A stretch of 64,000 nucleotides of DNA, from NCBI RefSeq assembly GCF_009914755.1, contig NC_060928.1. One strand, 5' to 3'. The stretch comes from the human T2T-CHM13v2.0 reference genome, Homo sapiens. Shown one piece after another: positions 31,013 through 46,336 of this stretch. Below the pieces are notes generated by a model. The model was not told where the DNA came from. It was given only the letters and a program-made list of their open reading frames with translations, and made no database searches. Both the position numbers and the translations under genes were made by a program. How positions within the stretch are numbered: the first letter of the stretch is position 1; each line of letters opens with the position of its first letter.

Positions 31013-31440
31013 AAAGATTATAAAAGTTAAAAGTTATCAGGTCTCAGTAATACAATTGTATTTCAACTTAAAAGGTAAATATAATATGCTTATTGTCTTA
31101 GCATTTTTTGAGATTTCTTAAGTGTTTTCTGCTTCTTCTGTATCTTTCTATGTGTCCTGTTCTCTGTGTCTCTCTCTCTTGTCATAACCATTTAATGTAA
31201 AGCCTATTTCAAAAATATATTGTAAAATGTGGGGGGTGGCTGCTTTCACATCAGTTTAGGGATGATATAAAGAAACCTAAGTATTTTAATATGTACACAG
31301 TACAACTGGTCTTCCAATACTGATTCTGTAGTATTATTAAGTAAAAACTGATATTTGTTATTAATGTTAAGTTTTTTTAGATCAGACATATATTTTCAAT
31401 TATTTTCAATAGCAACAAACACGCCAAATCGCTTACCTTT

Positions 31441-31549
31441 TTTTTATTATACTTTAAGTTTTAGGTTACATGTGCACAACTTGCAGGTTAGTTACATATG
31501 TATACATGTGCCACGTTCGTGTGCTGCACCCAATTAACTCGTCATTTAA
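31441..31549 (-). mobile_element. ~110-bp L1PA 3' terminal fragment with TSD
   Basis: ttattatactttaagttttagg...catgtgcac...aactcgtcattta; cttaccttt at 31432-31440 and 31550-31558. Confidence 0.88.
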
Positions 31550-32381
31550 CTTACCTTTCTTATTCAATGCAATCCATGTCATTTAGTGTACCACAGAACT
31601 CCACTTTTTAAAATGTAGTTTTGAAAACAATTAAGTATGTGCTTATGAACCCAAAATGTCCAAGTTATTTCTGGCACCTTAAGTGATTCTGATGGCTTCT
31701 AATTACTCTTTAGTAATGCATTCTGGTGAAATAACATCAATTTTGTAAAGGTCTTAATTTGAAGGCACCAAGGCATTGATTATCTCCAGCGTAGGAACTA
31801 CTTTTTCAGGCCAGTGAGACTTTATCCAGTGTAATACATATATATTATATGTTACACAGTACTTACAATATGAACTACTATGTATGAGTGGTATAAAAAT
31901 GTAATAGAGCTTCTGAAATTGTTTAAGACCACGATTATATTTCACAAATGAAATTACACAATATCACATAATGAATCCAAGTTATCACACAGTATAAGAG
32001 TTTAAATTATGATTGCAAGGACAGATATGTGTCTATATATCTGTATGTGATAGGCAACTGGGAAATAATGTAAAACTATAATTCAGTTCCAAATCCCCAT
32101 GTCTTCAAAATACTTGTGTTACTGGCTATAAGTCTTGCACCCTAGGGTTTCATACAACTAGGGTTTTATACAAGTATTTTATGCAAATACTTTTTTGGTA
32201 ATCTAATTTGAATCAATGTGACCAAAGTCAGTGACATTGCTAGTTCTTAAATTCAGAGAGCCATGCTTCCAAGACCATGCTGTGGCCTATCCTCAACAGT
32301 TCTTTTTAAAAAATGTCATTTATTATTATAAACATAATGGAATACTAAGCATAAATAATGTATAGAATAGAAAGCATATAG

Positions 32382-33668
<1,287 letters not shown>

Positions 33669-33962
33669 AGAATAGAAAGCATATAGAAAAAGAAAAAAAA
33701 TACTTGTAATCTCATTATCCCAGAAAATTCATAAGTTTCATTCATCTTTTACTAAGCATACCTTTACACGCTTATCACTAAATACATATATAAATCCATA
33801 TTCTGCTTTTCCATGTTAAAACCTCATAAATATTTTAGCGGACATCATAAATGATGTTCCATTTAATGGAAGTACTATGTGTTACTTAACCATCATCCTA
33901 ATATTAGACTTTTGGGTTTTACATTTTTTACAATAACAAAGAATATAGACATAGTTGGCATA

Positions 33963-34282
33963 CAGCTGCTCCTCAGTATCCAAGGAGGATTGATTCCAGA
34001 ACCACCCCTGACCATCGACACCAAAATCAGAGATTGCTCAAGTCCCTTATGTAAAATGGCATAGTATTTGCATGTAACCTATGCACATCCTCATGTATAC
34101 TTTAAACCATCTCTAGGTTGGTTATAATACCTAATACAATTTAAATGTTAAATAAATTGTTATACTGTATTTTAACATTTTATTTTTAATTGTTGTATTT
34201 TTTTATTGTTTTTAAAAATATTTTTGACCTGCACTTGGTTGAATCCACAGATGTGCAACTCACTGATACAGAGGGCTGACTG
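33963..34282. mobile_element. MER2 (TcMar-Tigger MITE)
   Basis: TA|cagctgctcctcagtatcc...gatacagagggctgactg|TA; TIRs and TA TSD. Confidence 0.85.
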
Positions 34283-34821
34283 TATATATTTTTAGCTATT
34301 CATACTAATTACTTAAAACTTATGCATTCAAGTAGAATTATTGGGTCAAAGGGTATGATAACTTTAAAACTCTTGACTTATATTGTCAAATTGCTTCCCC
34401 ATAAAAATTTTTATTCCCATTAGCAAAGTACAAAAGTTTCCACTTAACTACACATTTGTTTAACATTTAGCATTATTATATCTTTAAAGTATTCATTAGT
34501 TTTATAAGTAACCTTCAAAGCCTTTTTATGAAAAATTTCAATTGGTGTCAAATTTGAGGAAAGAAATAGATTTCTAACATGTCTTATCCAAACACTATCA
34601 AACTGGTAAACAATTTAGAAAACTTTTGATTAATTTTTCAGTTGAAATTAAGCATTCTAAAAACTATAAAGCCCATAATAAAACTCTATATTCAAACTAT
34701 GAGTCAAAAATGATCTCTAATATATATTACTTAGGTATAATGGGAAATGGAATTGAATAAAGAATAGCCCAATCAGATAGTAAAAGCCATTAATTGGACA
34801 TGTTAAAATAAATACTGAACA

Positions 34822-35130
34822 GACCCGGCGCAGTGGCTCACGCCTGTAATCCTGCTTTGGGAAGCCGACGCGGCAGATGACGAGATCAGGAGATCTAGAC
34901 CATCCTGGCCAACATGGTAAAACCCTGTCTCTACTAAAAATACAAAAATTAGCTGGGTGTGGTGGTGTGTGCCTGTAATCCCAGCTACTCAGGAGGCTGA
35001 GGCAGGAGAATCACTTGAACCAGGAAGTCAGAGGTTGCAGTGAGCCGAGTGCAACTGCACTCCAGCCTGGCGACAGAGCAAGACTCCGTCTCTAAATAAA
35101 TACATACATACATACATACATACCTACATA
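34822..35130 (+). mobile_element. Alu (AluS) with (TACA)n tail
   Basis: Alu body; TSD-like atactgaaca/atactcaaca. Confidence 0.93.
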
Positions 35131-35134
35131 CTCA

Positions 35135-36800
35135 ACAATACTGTAAGTTCCATTTCTTAACTTTCAATCTTTTCCTATAATTATGATTTAAGTATGTGAC
35201 TCATAAACAGAATAAAACTGAGTTTTTTTCTACAATTTTGGATTTCCTTTTACAGGTGAGTTTAATTCATTTACATTATGATCCCTGATATATGTAGCTT
35301 TATTTCCACCATCTCATTTATTGTTTTAATTTACTAGTTTTCCTTTTGCCAATTTCCTACCCTTAAAATTTTTATTTTGAATTTATGCATTCAATTTTTA
35401 TGTGTGTACTCAAGTCTTAACATTTTAGCTATAACAGTGGAATCAAGGAAGTCTAATGTAAATACCATTACTATTCTTTTCCTGAGCAATATATAGAAAA
35501 TGGAAATTTTTAACTTAGTTTGCACCTTCCCATATTCCATGTTAATATTGTCTACCATTTAGCTCCATCTTATTTTCAGCTGCTCCTCAATTGGTCTCAT
35601 CTTATTTTAAGGAACCAATTGTTGTTTTTCATTTTCAGTAGTTTACTCAGTAAGGTTTATGAGTAATAAATCCTCTCTATCTTGATTACCTGAAAATCTT
35701 TTAAATTTTGTTCTTTTATTCGGTAAATGTTGGATTTTCTCATTCTATCCTCCATTAGTTTTATTCTCTCTTTTACATATTCACTTATGTATTAACAAAA
35801 CTTCCCTGTATTGTGAGAAGTTTCATAAGATCTACATTCCAGTTTATAAATTTTCTCTTCAGCTTTATCTAAAGCTGTATCTGATTTTTCATCTTCCAAT
35901 GAGTTTTAAATTTCAATCATTATGCCTTCCTCTCTAGACATTCCATTTGTTTTTTTCTCCAAATCTGTCTTTTTAACAATATTCTGTTATTTCATTTGTG
36001 CTTATGTTCCTTTTAAAAATATGGTTTGTCTTTTTACATCTACTTTACTCTATAGTTTCCTTCAGATTGCTCTATGAGTTCATGTTAGTAGACTGCTAAC
36101 TCATTTATTATTGCTGACTCTCCCTTACAGTGGACAATTTTCTTGGGTGATTGGGAACTTTGTATTGTAAGCTTATTGACAGGTGTGGCTTATTTTTGTC
36201 TTAGACTAATGAACTTAGTTATGAAAGGAAACTTAGATAGTGGCTTGCTGTTTGCTCTGCTGGTGTCCTAGAAGCTTAATTATACATCTTTCGTGTTTTG
36301 CTTCTAGCACTGTATCTTAGATTCCATACCAGAGCTAGGGTGAGGTTATGGTTTTACTATGGGTTTTATTTAAATGAAGTCTTCATTTCCCTTTTCCTAC
36401 CACTTTTTTCTATGTCTTCCCTTGGCCGGTGGGCAAAAATGTTATAGTTGTTTCTTGTGGGTAGGTCAGGCATTTGTGAGTTTCAGCTTTCTTTAGGGTT
36501 CTTATTTCCAAGTCTAGGTCTCACAAAGCCAGGACTTCTTCTCTGTGCCAAAACTGAAACCCTGATTTCCAGTCCCCGGGACCCATGTCCATATCCAGCT
36601 CCCCGCTCCTGGTTATATTGGTGTCCACTCACACCGTTACCTCTCTAGCTTGGAGTTGCAGCTTCATTTTTGGCATTTGAGGATTTCTCTAATTTCTTTC
36701 TTTTGGACCACGTATTTTCTCTCTCTCTCTTTCTGCATGCACATGTATGTCTCTACTAAGTTTGCAATATTTTATCCAACATTTTAATATATTTTCAGTC
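35135..36800 (-). mobile_element. Old L1M fragments
   Basis: Strong T-skew and degenerate L1M-like motifs; boundaries approximate. Confidence 0.5.
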
Positions 36801-39484
36801 AAAGGTGTTTGTATTAAGCGCTTAACAAGGAAATATATCTGAATTCGTTTTGAACAAATTAACAAATAAATATCAACAGTAATATTTTCTATATATTTCA
36901 CATTGTATTCCTCTTAAGTACCAAGTTAGCTTTTGAAAAAATATTATGCTACATTATCTAGGTAACTCTGAATCCTACTAACATCCATTATGAACTCTGA
37001 ATTTCTCCTATCTAGCAGTACACCTACATTTATATCAGAATTATTTGTATACAATTTTGAATAGATTCAGAGGTTGTAGTTCTTACCTGGTTCACTGAAA
37101 GTAGACTAGCTTTATTTTGAGATAAATTGTGATATCATTGAAGGACTATTTATTAATGCATTCCAGACACTAATTCTCCCAAAGGAAATAAATATTAAAT
37201 GATAATTCCTAATTGCTGATTACAACTTTCTGGCTATCTTTTCTACTCCCATTCTTTTTCTTAATACTGACCTTGTCCCTCTTGCGAACTTTGCACTTTC
37301 ACTGTTAGAAGCCTTTGTTTTCCAAAATAATGGCCAAACAATATTATTTTTTTACAAGACTTTGGCAGTAATGCTGTCCCAGATACACTAAACTAACTGG
37401 TAAACAGAAACTATAGCTTTCACTGTAAAATACTGTAATTACACAGTGCAGAATATCTCTGTGGTTTTATCACTGAGGAAATCAATAGTGATATAGACTA
37501 CAATTCTCTGTTGGACTGGAGTGGATACAGGAGGGCAGATGAAAGAGTTTATTGACTTAGTAGGGATTGTTACTATAGCAAATCAGAGCTGCAGAAATAA
37601 ATAGCTTTAAATGGAATGATTTTAACCCGAACAGCAAAATGTTTCCATCAAACAAGAGACGTGATAAAAATACAAACAAAAACAAACACAAACACAAACA
37701 AACAAACAACTAAAAAATCTCCTCCTATAGCCTCATTCCTCTTCCCTGTCAATAGACACACACTTCATGCCATCATTACTGGCAAATATCCAATCATAAG
37801 GAAAAAATTCTATGAATGCCTAAGAAATGATCTAGAAGCTAAGGGGTTGCTATGTCATGAAAGTCTTAGTTTGAATATATCATGTTTGTATTTGTCATAA
37901 TTTAAAATGTGACATTTTCTATGACTAATAAAAGGTTCTGTCTCGTGGCATTGTATTCCTTGTTAAAGAGGTTGTTCTGAGGATTTGTAAATATGCACAA
38001 TGGAAGTAGTAGGCATTAAATCACCCAAGATTGAAATAGTACATTGAGAGAGAAAGAACGTGAAAGGCAGAAAGATAGAAAAAGTCCAACTATTTCTACT
38101 TTGCAATCGCATGAATCAGTTTGTTCTAGAGTAAAGGAAAAATACTAAGTGATGAAAATGTTAAAAAGACTAACTTGTATGTGGTATGTTGCTATTTTAA
38201 TCCTCAACCCAAACAAACTCTGTACCTCTAGATAAATGGTTAGCAAAGCCGATTTTCATTTATGCATTTCTAGTACAAACTTGTGAGGTTCACAGTGGCA
38301 GGCCCCACATCATTACCAGAAGCTGTGCTTTATACACTCAGCAGCAGCCCGTTCTTGGGGAATGCAGTGTACCCTGAACATAAAAATAAGAGGCCTATTG
38401 GATTTTTATTCTGTGTGAGCAACATAATTGTTTATTTGTATTTTAAGTAAGATATCTTTCTAAAGGTTCCTGTGTGTATAGACTCTGAAAAGTAAACAGG
38501 ATTTCATAAGTGTGGTAAAAACAAAATATTTTATTCTTAAATGACAAGTACAAATACCTTTGCACAAACACCTTCAGCTGCTTGTATTCTGCTAGCAATG
38601 TGTAATGTATTATGAGAAATGTCAACACTAGACAACCATTAGTTCAGATCCAAAGACAGCACATTTTTTGATCCATTAATCTGAATAGGTATGATTTCAG
38701 AATAATTCTTAATACCTCAATTTATGGTCATGAAAAGAGATAGTAAACTGTGTACATCTGAGGGCTCCTCAATAAAGGGGTCAGAGTTTGCAAGTATGAA
38801 ATCAAACTACCACTTAATTAAGAAAATCTAAAGAACAAAGACGTGAAAAAAATGGAGAATATCTAGCTTATAGCACCCATTACATTCCTGAGCCAATCTT
38901 CGGCACTCATTTTAAAAATGTATGCTTTATCAATATTTATTTCCTTTAAATAAACTAAATCATACCCGCATTATAATTTCTAATACAAACCCAGAATTTT
39001 CAAGAGGTTGCAGAGATGTTCTCACTAAACATTCGTTCTAAGGTAAATCTACCTACAGAAATGTTTGTCATCTTTACATCTATTTTACACTCCATGGACA
39101 TTTTCGTTAGGTACCTGCCATGAATTAAGAATAAACGGCTTACATTTTAGAAGTCTTGTTTTGACTCTGTGAGGAGTTTAGAGTGCTCTTTTGTGCTTTC
39201 TGATAAAACTAAGTAATGGTTCCCTTCCATATAAGTGATAGAATCAACCCTTGCTCATGAAAAAGCAATATTGCATGCCATTTGTTAGCCGGACATAGTT
39301 ACTTTTTATTCTGGTTCCTGGAAAATTCGCTTTTTCCAATTTTGAGAGCAAGCTAGAATATTGCTATGTTATTGCATTTTATTGTTGTTGAAAGAATTCT
39401 TTATTTCTAATGTTTCCTTAAAAAACTCCAAATGGTTCAATCTCCAGCCCCCTCAATGTCTGCAGTTTGCTTAAATTGACTTAC

Positions 39485-39649
39485 TCTGCATGCAAAGCCC
39501 ATCAGTGCAGTTCTTGGATTGCAAGACGAGGCCGTCGCAGTCCTTGCCTCCATTCTTGGGGGCTGGCGCCGTGCACTCCCTCCTGCGCCAGTGGGTGCAC
39601 TCAGTTCCACAAGTAGACCACTTGCTCCATGGCGTCCACCTGCCATCCA
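39485..39649 (-). CDS. UNC5C: UNC5C coding exon (~exon 7), second TSP1 repeat
   Basis: cag|TG GAT GGC AGG ... ATG CAG A|gtaagt; 165 nt; (V)[54 protein letters not shown]; WxxWxxW motif. Confidence 0.97.
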
Positions 39650-42032
39650 CTGCCATGGAAAAAATGCAGCAGGAGGTCAGAGGGAGAGGCAGCTGCTTAA
39701 GGGATGGAGCAGAGCTCAAATATAATACAACAAAACAAAACAAGAACAAGCATGCCCTACTGAGAAGCACTGTATTCATTTCAATTGCTGGGAACTGCAT
39801 GTTCTACATCATTTGGGTTTGGTGAGCTTTTCCTATAGAGTGTGTGAGTGCTTTCTCATTGACCAAGCCAAGGGAGGCTGACTGAGACATACAAAATCCA
39901 AAGTTGTCACCAGGAGCTATGTAAAAGTAGGCCATGATGGTTTCCCTTTTCCTATTAATGGGGGAGCTTCTGGGTTTTGTATTGAAAATTAGGAGGGCTC
40001 TCTTTGGATCCAGGATTCCTTCATTCCTAGGGCCATGTGGACAGTGAAAGTAAGCTCATGTGAGAATTCAGAGAAGAGGTTGGTACGGTGGAGAAGAAAT
40101 CTATCCAACCTTCCATTCATTCATCCAGTTGGTATATATCTATTTATCTCTTCTCTTTCAACTGCATTTTATATAGTCTTTTTATTTTACTTTTTTCATC
40201 TGGCCTGCTTGATTCTGCTGAAACCTGTAATGTTTTCATGAAAACACTATTATTTTTCATTTATTATTTGATGATGTTTCTGTTTCTATTTTTATTAAAA
40301 AATTTTAGGTAAGTCCCTAATATTTCTTGTGATTCAGTCATTTAGAACTGACTTACTTTCTTCCTAATTTTGGTGGCTGGCTTGTCAGCAACTTCAAAGA
40401 TAATGAACTTAGATATCTCTATTTTAAAAGCACACAACTTAAGTCTCAGTTTGAAAAAAGATATAGTAAATTTCAATCACACTTCAAAATGCAGCTTAAG
40501 CTTCTCACAAAAATAGGATAAAAATATTGAAATAAGAGCTTTAAAATATTAATTTTCCCTGAAATATATAATTATGATGATCAAGGATTCAATGTAAAAC
40601 AATGCTAAACATCATTTCTTGAACACCTTAACCTTTTATATCTACATATTAGTAAAAATTATATCATTTTAATAGTCTACATAGTTTGAGAAATCTAAGT
40701 GATTTCATATTCAAATTATTATGTAAATATATTGTGTATAATGTGGATATGGTTATAAACATACCCACATGAAAAATGAGAAAAGCATTAATATTTCAGT
40801 CATACAGAACTGGCTGTATAAGCAAGTCCCAACTACTTAGAGCAAAAACATTTGCTTTGACCTGCACCAATCCAGTGTACCAAAACACTGACACACACAC
40901 ACACACATTTCTATTTCAACTCTAATTGATCAGTGCATTTTTAATTGTGGGAGTCAGCTCCTATAAAACAAAATCTGAAATTTTAAGCTAGCTAAGTGTC
41001 AAAATTTGTTTCATAAATAAAAGCTCTCAAAGGGCTCACTGTGGGAGACTGCTCTGACATTTGGAAATCAACACTTGGGAATGTAAAGTGTAGATTATGT
41101 ATATCTCTCCAGTTCATTTGTCCAGCCCATCTCTGAGAAAGGTTAAAAGATAAAGGTTAAAGGATAAACATGACCAAATTAGGCAAAAAGGAGAAGTAAG
41201 GAGGCTGTGTATCTGAACAATAAAATTGAAAACACAATAGCTACTCCAATGAGTGCAGTAAATTTATGGATTATTTCAAAATTTTAGCTTAGCTTTGGAA
41301 TATATTGTATAACGAGGCATTTTAAAGGGTTTTGTTTTTGCTTTTGGCAAATATTATCTTCGATTTACCTAGGGATAAGAGCTGGTAGCAATATGAGATA
41401 GTACAGAAAGATGCTAAGAGGTGGAGAGATGCATGCACTCTTGCTGTAGGTACTACAGCAAATAACAAAAAAATAGATGACCAACATTTACAGATAACAA
41501 AGAACTGACTGCATTGTAGTTTCAGAATCCATTATCCCAAGTACCAAAAAACTTTGCATTCCTTATAATTCATTTCAAATGTTGTATTTGCCCTTCACCA
41601 GAAACTGACACCAAATATAAAATATTTCCATCTAAAACATTTTCTAAATTTCAGTTCCAATTAATTTCTACGGTTTTCTGAAGATCAAGGATTGTTATTC
41701 CTAAAATGTGTGGCTTCCAGTGCCATTCAAATCCTTTGAATTATAAAATCTGCAATCTTGGCCCCAGCAGTTTTGTTGAATAATATAAAGGGATTATATC
41801 CAGTAGTGTTTAATCTCCTGTTTTATACAATTTTGCATGTTTTGGTAACAAAGTTAAGTATTCTTTTGGAGGAAAATACTTGATTTCCCAGCAATGTAAA
41901 CAGTGAGTAGGATGGATTTAAATAACGTTCATCACACATTCAGATCAAGAATAAAGTCTGTGTATCTATTCTCTAAAAGCATGTTTCTTGAATAATAGGA
42001 GATACTTGGAATGAGAGGACTGGTTTATTTAC

Positions 42033-42200
42033 CTGGGCATAACGTAGTACAGGCTATTTTCTGCACACTCTGCCCTTCACAGAAGGCACCCCCATTGAGT
42101 GGTGCCGGGTTGGTACAAGTCCTTGTACGTTTCTGATACCCTCGTCCACAGCGGCTGTTACACACAGACCACTCCGTCCAGGTGGACCAGCCACCGTTGA
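42033..42200 (-). CDS. UNC5C: UNC5C coding exon (~exon 6), first TSP1 repeat
   Basis: cag|TC AAC GGT ... TGC CCA G|gtaaat; 168 nt; (V)[55 protein letters not shown]. Confidence 0.97.
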
Positions 42201-43330
42201 CTGAAAGGAGGCAAACAGTAAAAAGTGGATTAAACATGTGTGCATGCACAACACACATGGACACACAAAACAGATACAATATGTAAACAAAGAGTTATTT
42301 TCCAAGCGACCATTATAAAAATCCAAAATTTCAAAGCCAGAAGAGACCATGGACCTCATTTTATCCAAAGTTTTATTGTATAGACAGAGAAAAAAAAAAG
42401 TTTGTCAAGATTTACTCACCTACTCAGAAAAATAAATAGGACTGTATGTGTTCTCTTTTCTTTGGCCAGTGTTCTTAAAAAATACACCTATCTCCTCACC
42501 TAGTCAAGCTCCAAAATTACTTTTGACAGCTCGTCTCAAATAATAAATGTTTACATCTCTATGAAAAGCCTGCAAGTCAATCTATAGCATGGGAACAGAA
42601 TAAAATAATTTAGCCTTAAAAAAAAGATTGATTTTTTAAGCATATGTAAACTTTACAACGTTTTAAGGATTTTTATTCACTTGCACAAACCAGTGAACCT
42701 GGTTAAAAAATAAAATCTTACAGTACTGGGGTTATAAACAAATTGACTGGCTATTTGAGTTACTTGGCGATTAGTTGATATTGAAATAAACACTTACTTT
42801 GTGTATAAAGGCCAATTATGATGTCTGATGGAGCTGTCAGCATATGTGATTGTAAAACCTACACCGTAAGACTGCACACTATTCAGTTCTGCAGACCTCT
42901 CTTTAGAAAATACTTTGATATATATTTTTAATACTTCAATAATGTGAGTCTGTACAATATTGTAATTAAACAATTTCTAACAAAATTATTTCCTTGTAGC
43001 TAAAATATAATACAACTAGTATATGCATCTGTTTCCTGATACTAAAGAAGTGTATTAGCCATTCAAGTAACACAAACCTTATATGTGCACAGCATTTGCC
43101 CAATATTTTGTTTTCTAGAAACCTATACAATAGGGAATAATCATGAATGTTATATTTACAGACAGAAACATTTTTTACAGCAACTTTATTTAATATAAAG
43201 ATGAATAATTGGAAACAACTGTAATGTTCAAAAACAAGACAATGGCAAAGCCAGCCACATATGTTCATGTAATGGACTCCTGGACAGCCATTAAAAGTGA
43301 TACTGTAGAAGGCTATTTAATAATTCATGA

Positions 43331-43630
43331 GGCTGGGTGCAGTGGCTCATGCTTGTAACCCAAGCACTTTGGGAAGCCAAGGAGAGAGTATTGCTTGAGA
43401 CCAAGAGTTCAAGACCAGCCTGGGCAACATAGCAACACCCTAGCTCCACAAAAATTAAAAAAAAAAATTAGCAGGTCATGTCAGCATGTGTATATAGACC
43501 CAGTTACTCAGGAGGCTGGGGCAGAAGGATCCCTTGAGCCCAGGAGTAGAGGCTGCAGTGAGCTATGATCACATCACTACACTCCAGCCTGGGCAACAGA
43601 GTGAGACCCTCTCTCCAAATAAATAAATAA
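43331..43630 (+). mobile_element. Alu (AluJ) within an old L1M 3' region
   Basis: ggctgggtgcagtggctc...gagctatgatc...; (AAAT)n tail. Confidence 0.92.
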
Positions 43631-43833
43631 TACATGAATGTTTCAGTATGTTTTAAATAAAAGTAATGTTTATGGATACATTATGCATAATGTATATGTA
43701 TATAATTTTATATAATATGTATACAATACTTAATATGTATTTATACATTTTAAATTATAAAAGATGTATAATATAACAATGTATAATGCTTATTTTTAAA
43801 TCTTATGTATACATATAAAGTACTGGTAGTATA

Positions 43834-44125
43834 TGCCAGGTGCAGTGGCTCATGCCTATAATCCCAGTACTTTGGGAGGCCAAGATGGGCAGATTGCTTG
43901 AGTCTAGGAGTTTGAGACTAGCCTTCATCTCTACAGAAAATACAAAAATTAACCAGGTGTGATGGCACATGCCTGTAGTCCCAGGTACTTGGGAGGCTGA
44001 GGAGGGAGGATCATTTGAACTCAGGAGACAGAAGTTACAGGAGCCAAGATTGCGCCACTGCACCCTAGCCTGGGCGACAGTGAAACCCTGTCTCAAATAA
44101 AAAAATAAAAAAAAAAGAAAGAAAA
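43834..44125 (+). mobile_element. Alu with ~20-nt internal deletion
   Basis: gagactagccttcatctctac lacks the gggcaacatggtgaaacc segment. Confidence 0.9.
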
Positions 44126-45230
44126 TTCAAGTAGTATACATATAATTTTTGTTTAAATGCTATCTCTGGGTGGCAGAATTATAGGTATAGGTATTTTCTT
44201 CTTTGACCTTTTCTGTATTCCAAATTTTCTTTAATGGATGTATATTTGCAATCTAAAAATTACATTAACAAAAAATATATAAAACAGTTGCTAAATATGA
44301 AATACTGGTTAGATATATATGTTTTCTATGGAGTTCTGGTGAGTCCAACCTATGAGGCTTGGACAAGTTATTTTAGGAGTTAATGTAAAGGACAAGCAGA
44401 TGGTAGATAGGTAGGGTTTCAGTGAGTGTTCCAAAAAGCAACTTAACCTGCTCAAGTTTACAAAATTCCCTGCCATGGAATTGTCTGTATAAACTGCTTA
44501 CTAGCATACTGGCAAGCTGATATTTGGGGTTTAGGATATATGTACTGTTCTGCTGGGATTTTAATGAGAAATGAATAATCAGAAATTTTCAGAGATGAAA
44601 AAGTCTTTGAAGATCGTAGGTTTATCCCTTCATTTACAGAGAAGGAGGCAAGGGCTCAGAGAATCCTGGTTAAAAGACCCTCTGAAGATCAGGTAGTGAC
44701 AGAAATACTCCTATGACCCAATATTCCTGACCCCAGTCCAAAGCTATTTCCTTAATTCTAAATACTAAGTTACTTGCGTTTGATCCTTCCTAAAGACAAC
44801 ACATTCATTGTATTTATGGATATTGAAAGCATAATATACATAGGAAGAGATTTGCATGTGCATTAAACATCTATATAATACAACTATATATAGTCTGCCT
44901 TCATTAGTTATTTATGACTGGCACATGCTGTGATTGTGCCCCATTTCTTTCTTGCATTTCAAATGTTGTTAATCAAGTCTTTCAGGCAGTTTAAAAAGAG
45001 ATAAGAAGAAGAAAACATTTTATTGTGATTTAAGAAAGGCAATTGCATACAATTCAACACAGCCATTATCTGGACTAGGAAATTAAACCTCAGGGTAATC
45101 AGAGGATCAAAAAATTTTTGTGCCATTTTTCCTGTAATTAAAATGACATTTTTAAAGCAGCACTACATTCATCCTTTGGAACAGCATAGTGGTTTCTCTT
45201 CTCATAAACACACATCCATCTGAATGGTAC

Positions 45231-45740
45231 TGTGGGGTAGGCAATATTTTACTTCCACTCTTTTAGGATTTTTTTTTTGGCTGGGCCTAAGAATTAAATT
45301 GGTGTAACACAAATCAACAGGAGAAAAACATGTAAATTTACTTAATATAACTTTTACATGGCCTAAGAAAATGAAGACCCAAAGATGCAGTTATAGTTGA
45401 ATGCTTATATATTGAATTGGACAAAGAGTAGCAAGTTATGAAAAAGTCAATTATGTGTTAAGGCTAAAAGAAGATTAAGAGTTATTTTAATAAGATCGAT
45501 ACAGAATTATCTGGATCGTAACTTCCCCGTGGTCTCAACTTCCTGTCCTTGAGGATAAGAATGTTACTTTCCTTCTGGTATAGGGAAGCCATCTTTCAGC
45601 TGAAAATCTCCTCTCCTGCTTTTAAGAGACAGGACTAGCAGAGTGATCTTGAGCCCGCTGTTTCTCAAGGACCTTTAATGCAGAAAATAGTCAATATGCC
45701 AAGTGGCATATTTTGGGGTGACAAATTCTTAACTCCTTCA
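45231..45740 (-). mobile_element. ERV1-type solo LTR (MER34/MER31-like)
   Basis: tg...ca ends; caatatgccaagtggcatattttggggtg...ctccttca terminal motif. Confidence 0.6.
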
Positions 45741-45744
45741 GTCC

Positions 45745-46336
45745 TATCATGTACCCCATAACATTTCAGTCAAGGACAGACTTCATATACCATAATGGTC
45801 TGTTCCATAAGGTTATAACAAAGCTGAGAAATTCCTATCACCTAATAACCTCATAGTTGTTGTAACATTGTGGTGTATTACTTTACTTTTTCTACAAATG
45901 TGCTATAGCCTAAGTGTAGTGTTCATAAAGTCTACAGCAGTGTAGAGTAATGTCCTCTGCCTTCCCATTCACTCACTACTCCCTCATTGACTCACCCAGA
46001 GCAACTTCCAGGCCTGCAAGCTTCATTCATAGTAAGTGCCCTATACAGGTTTATCTTTTTTTTTATCTTTGATATCTTATTTTTATAGCACCTTTTCTAT
46101 GTTTAGATATATAAATGCTTACCATTTTGTTACAGTTTCCTACAGTATTCTGTACAGTAACACAGTATACAGGTTTGTAGCCTAGGAGTAATAGGCTATA
46201 CCATCTATCCTATGTGTGCAGTAGGCTATACCATCTAGGTTTGTGTGAATACACTCTATGATGTTTGCCCAGTGATGAAATCACCTAATGATGCAATTCT
46301 CAGAATGTGTCCCCATCATTAAGTGACACATGACTG
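45745..46336. mobile_element. Tigger3/MER7-like DNA transposon
   Basis: gactcacccagagcaacttcc...taggctataccatctagg...cccatcattaagtgacacatgactg. Confidence 0.8.

Noticed and set aside
32142-32173. 16-bp tandem duplication ctagggttt(c/t)atacaa
   Set aside because: Ordinary slippage duplication; no further copies seen
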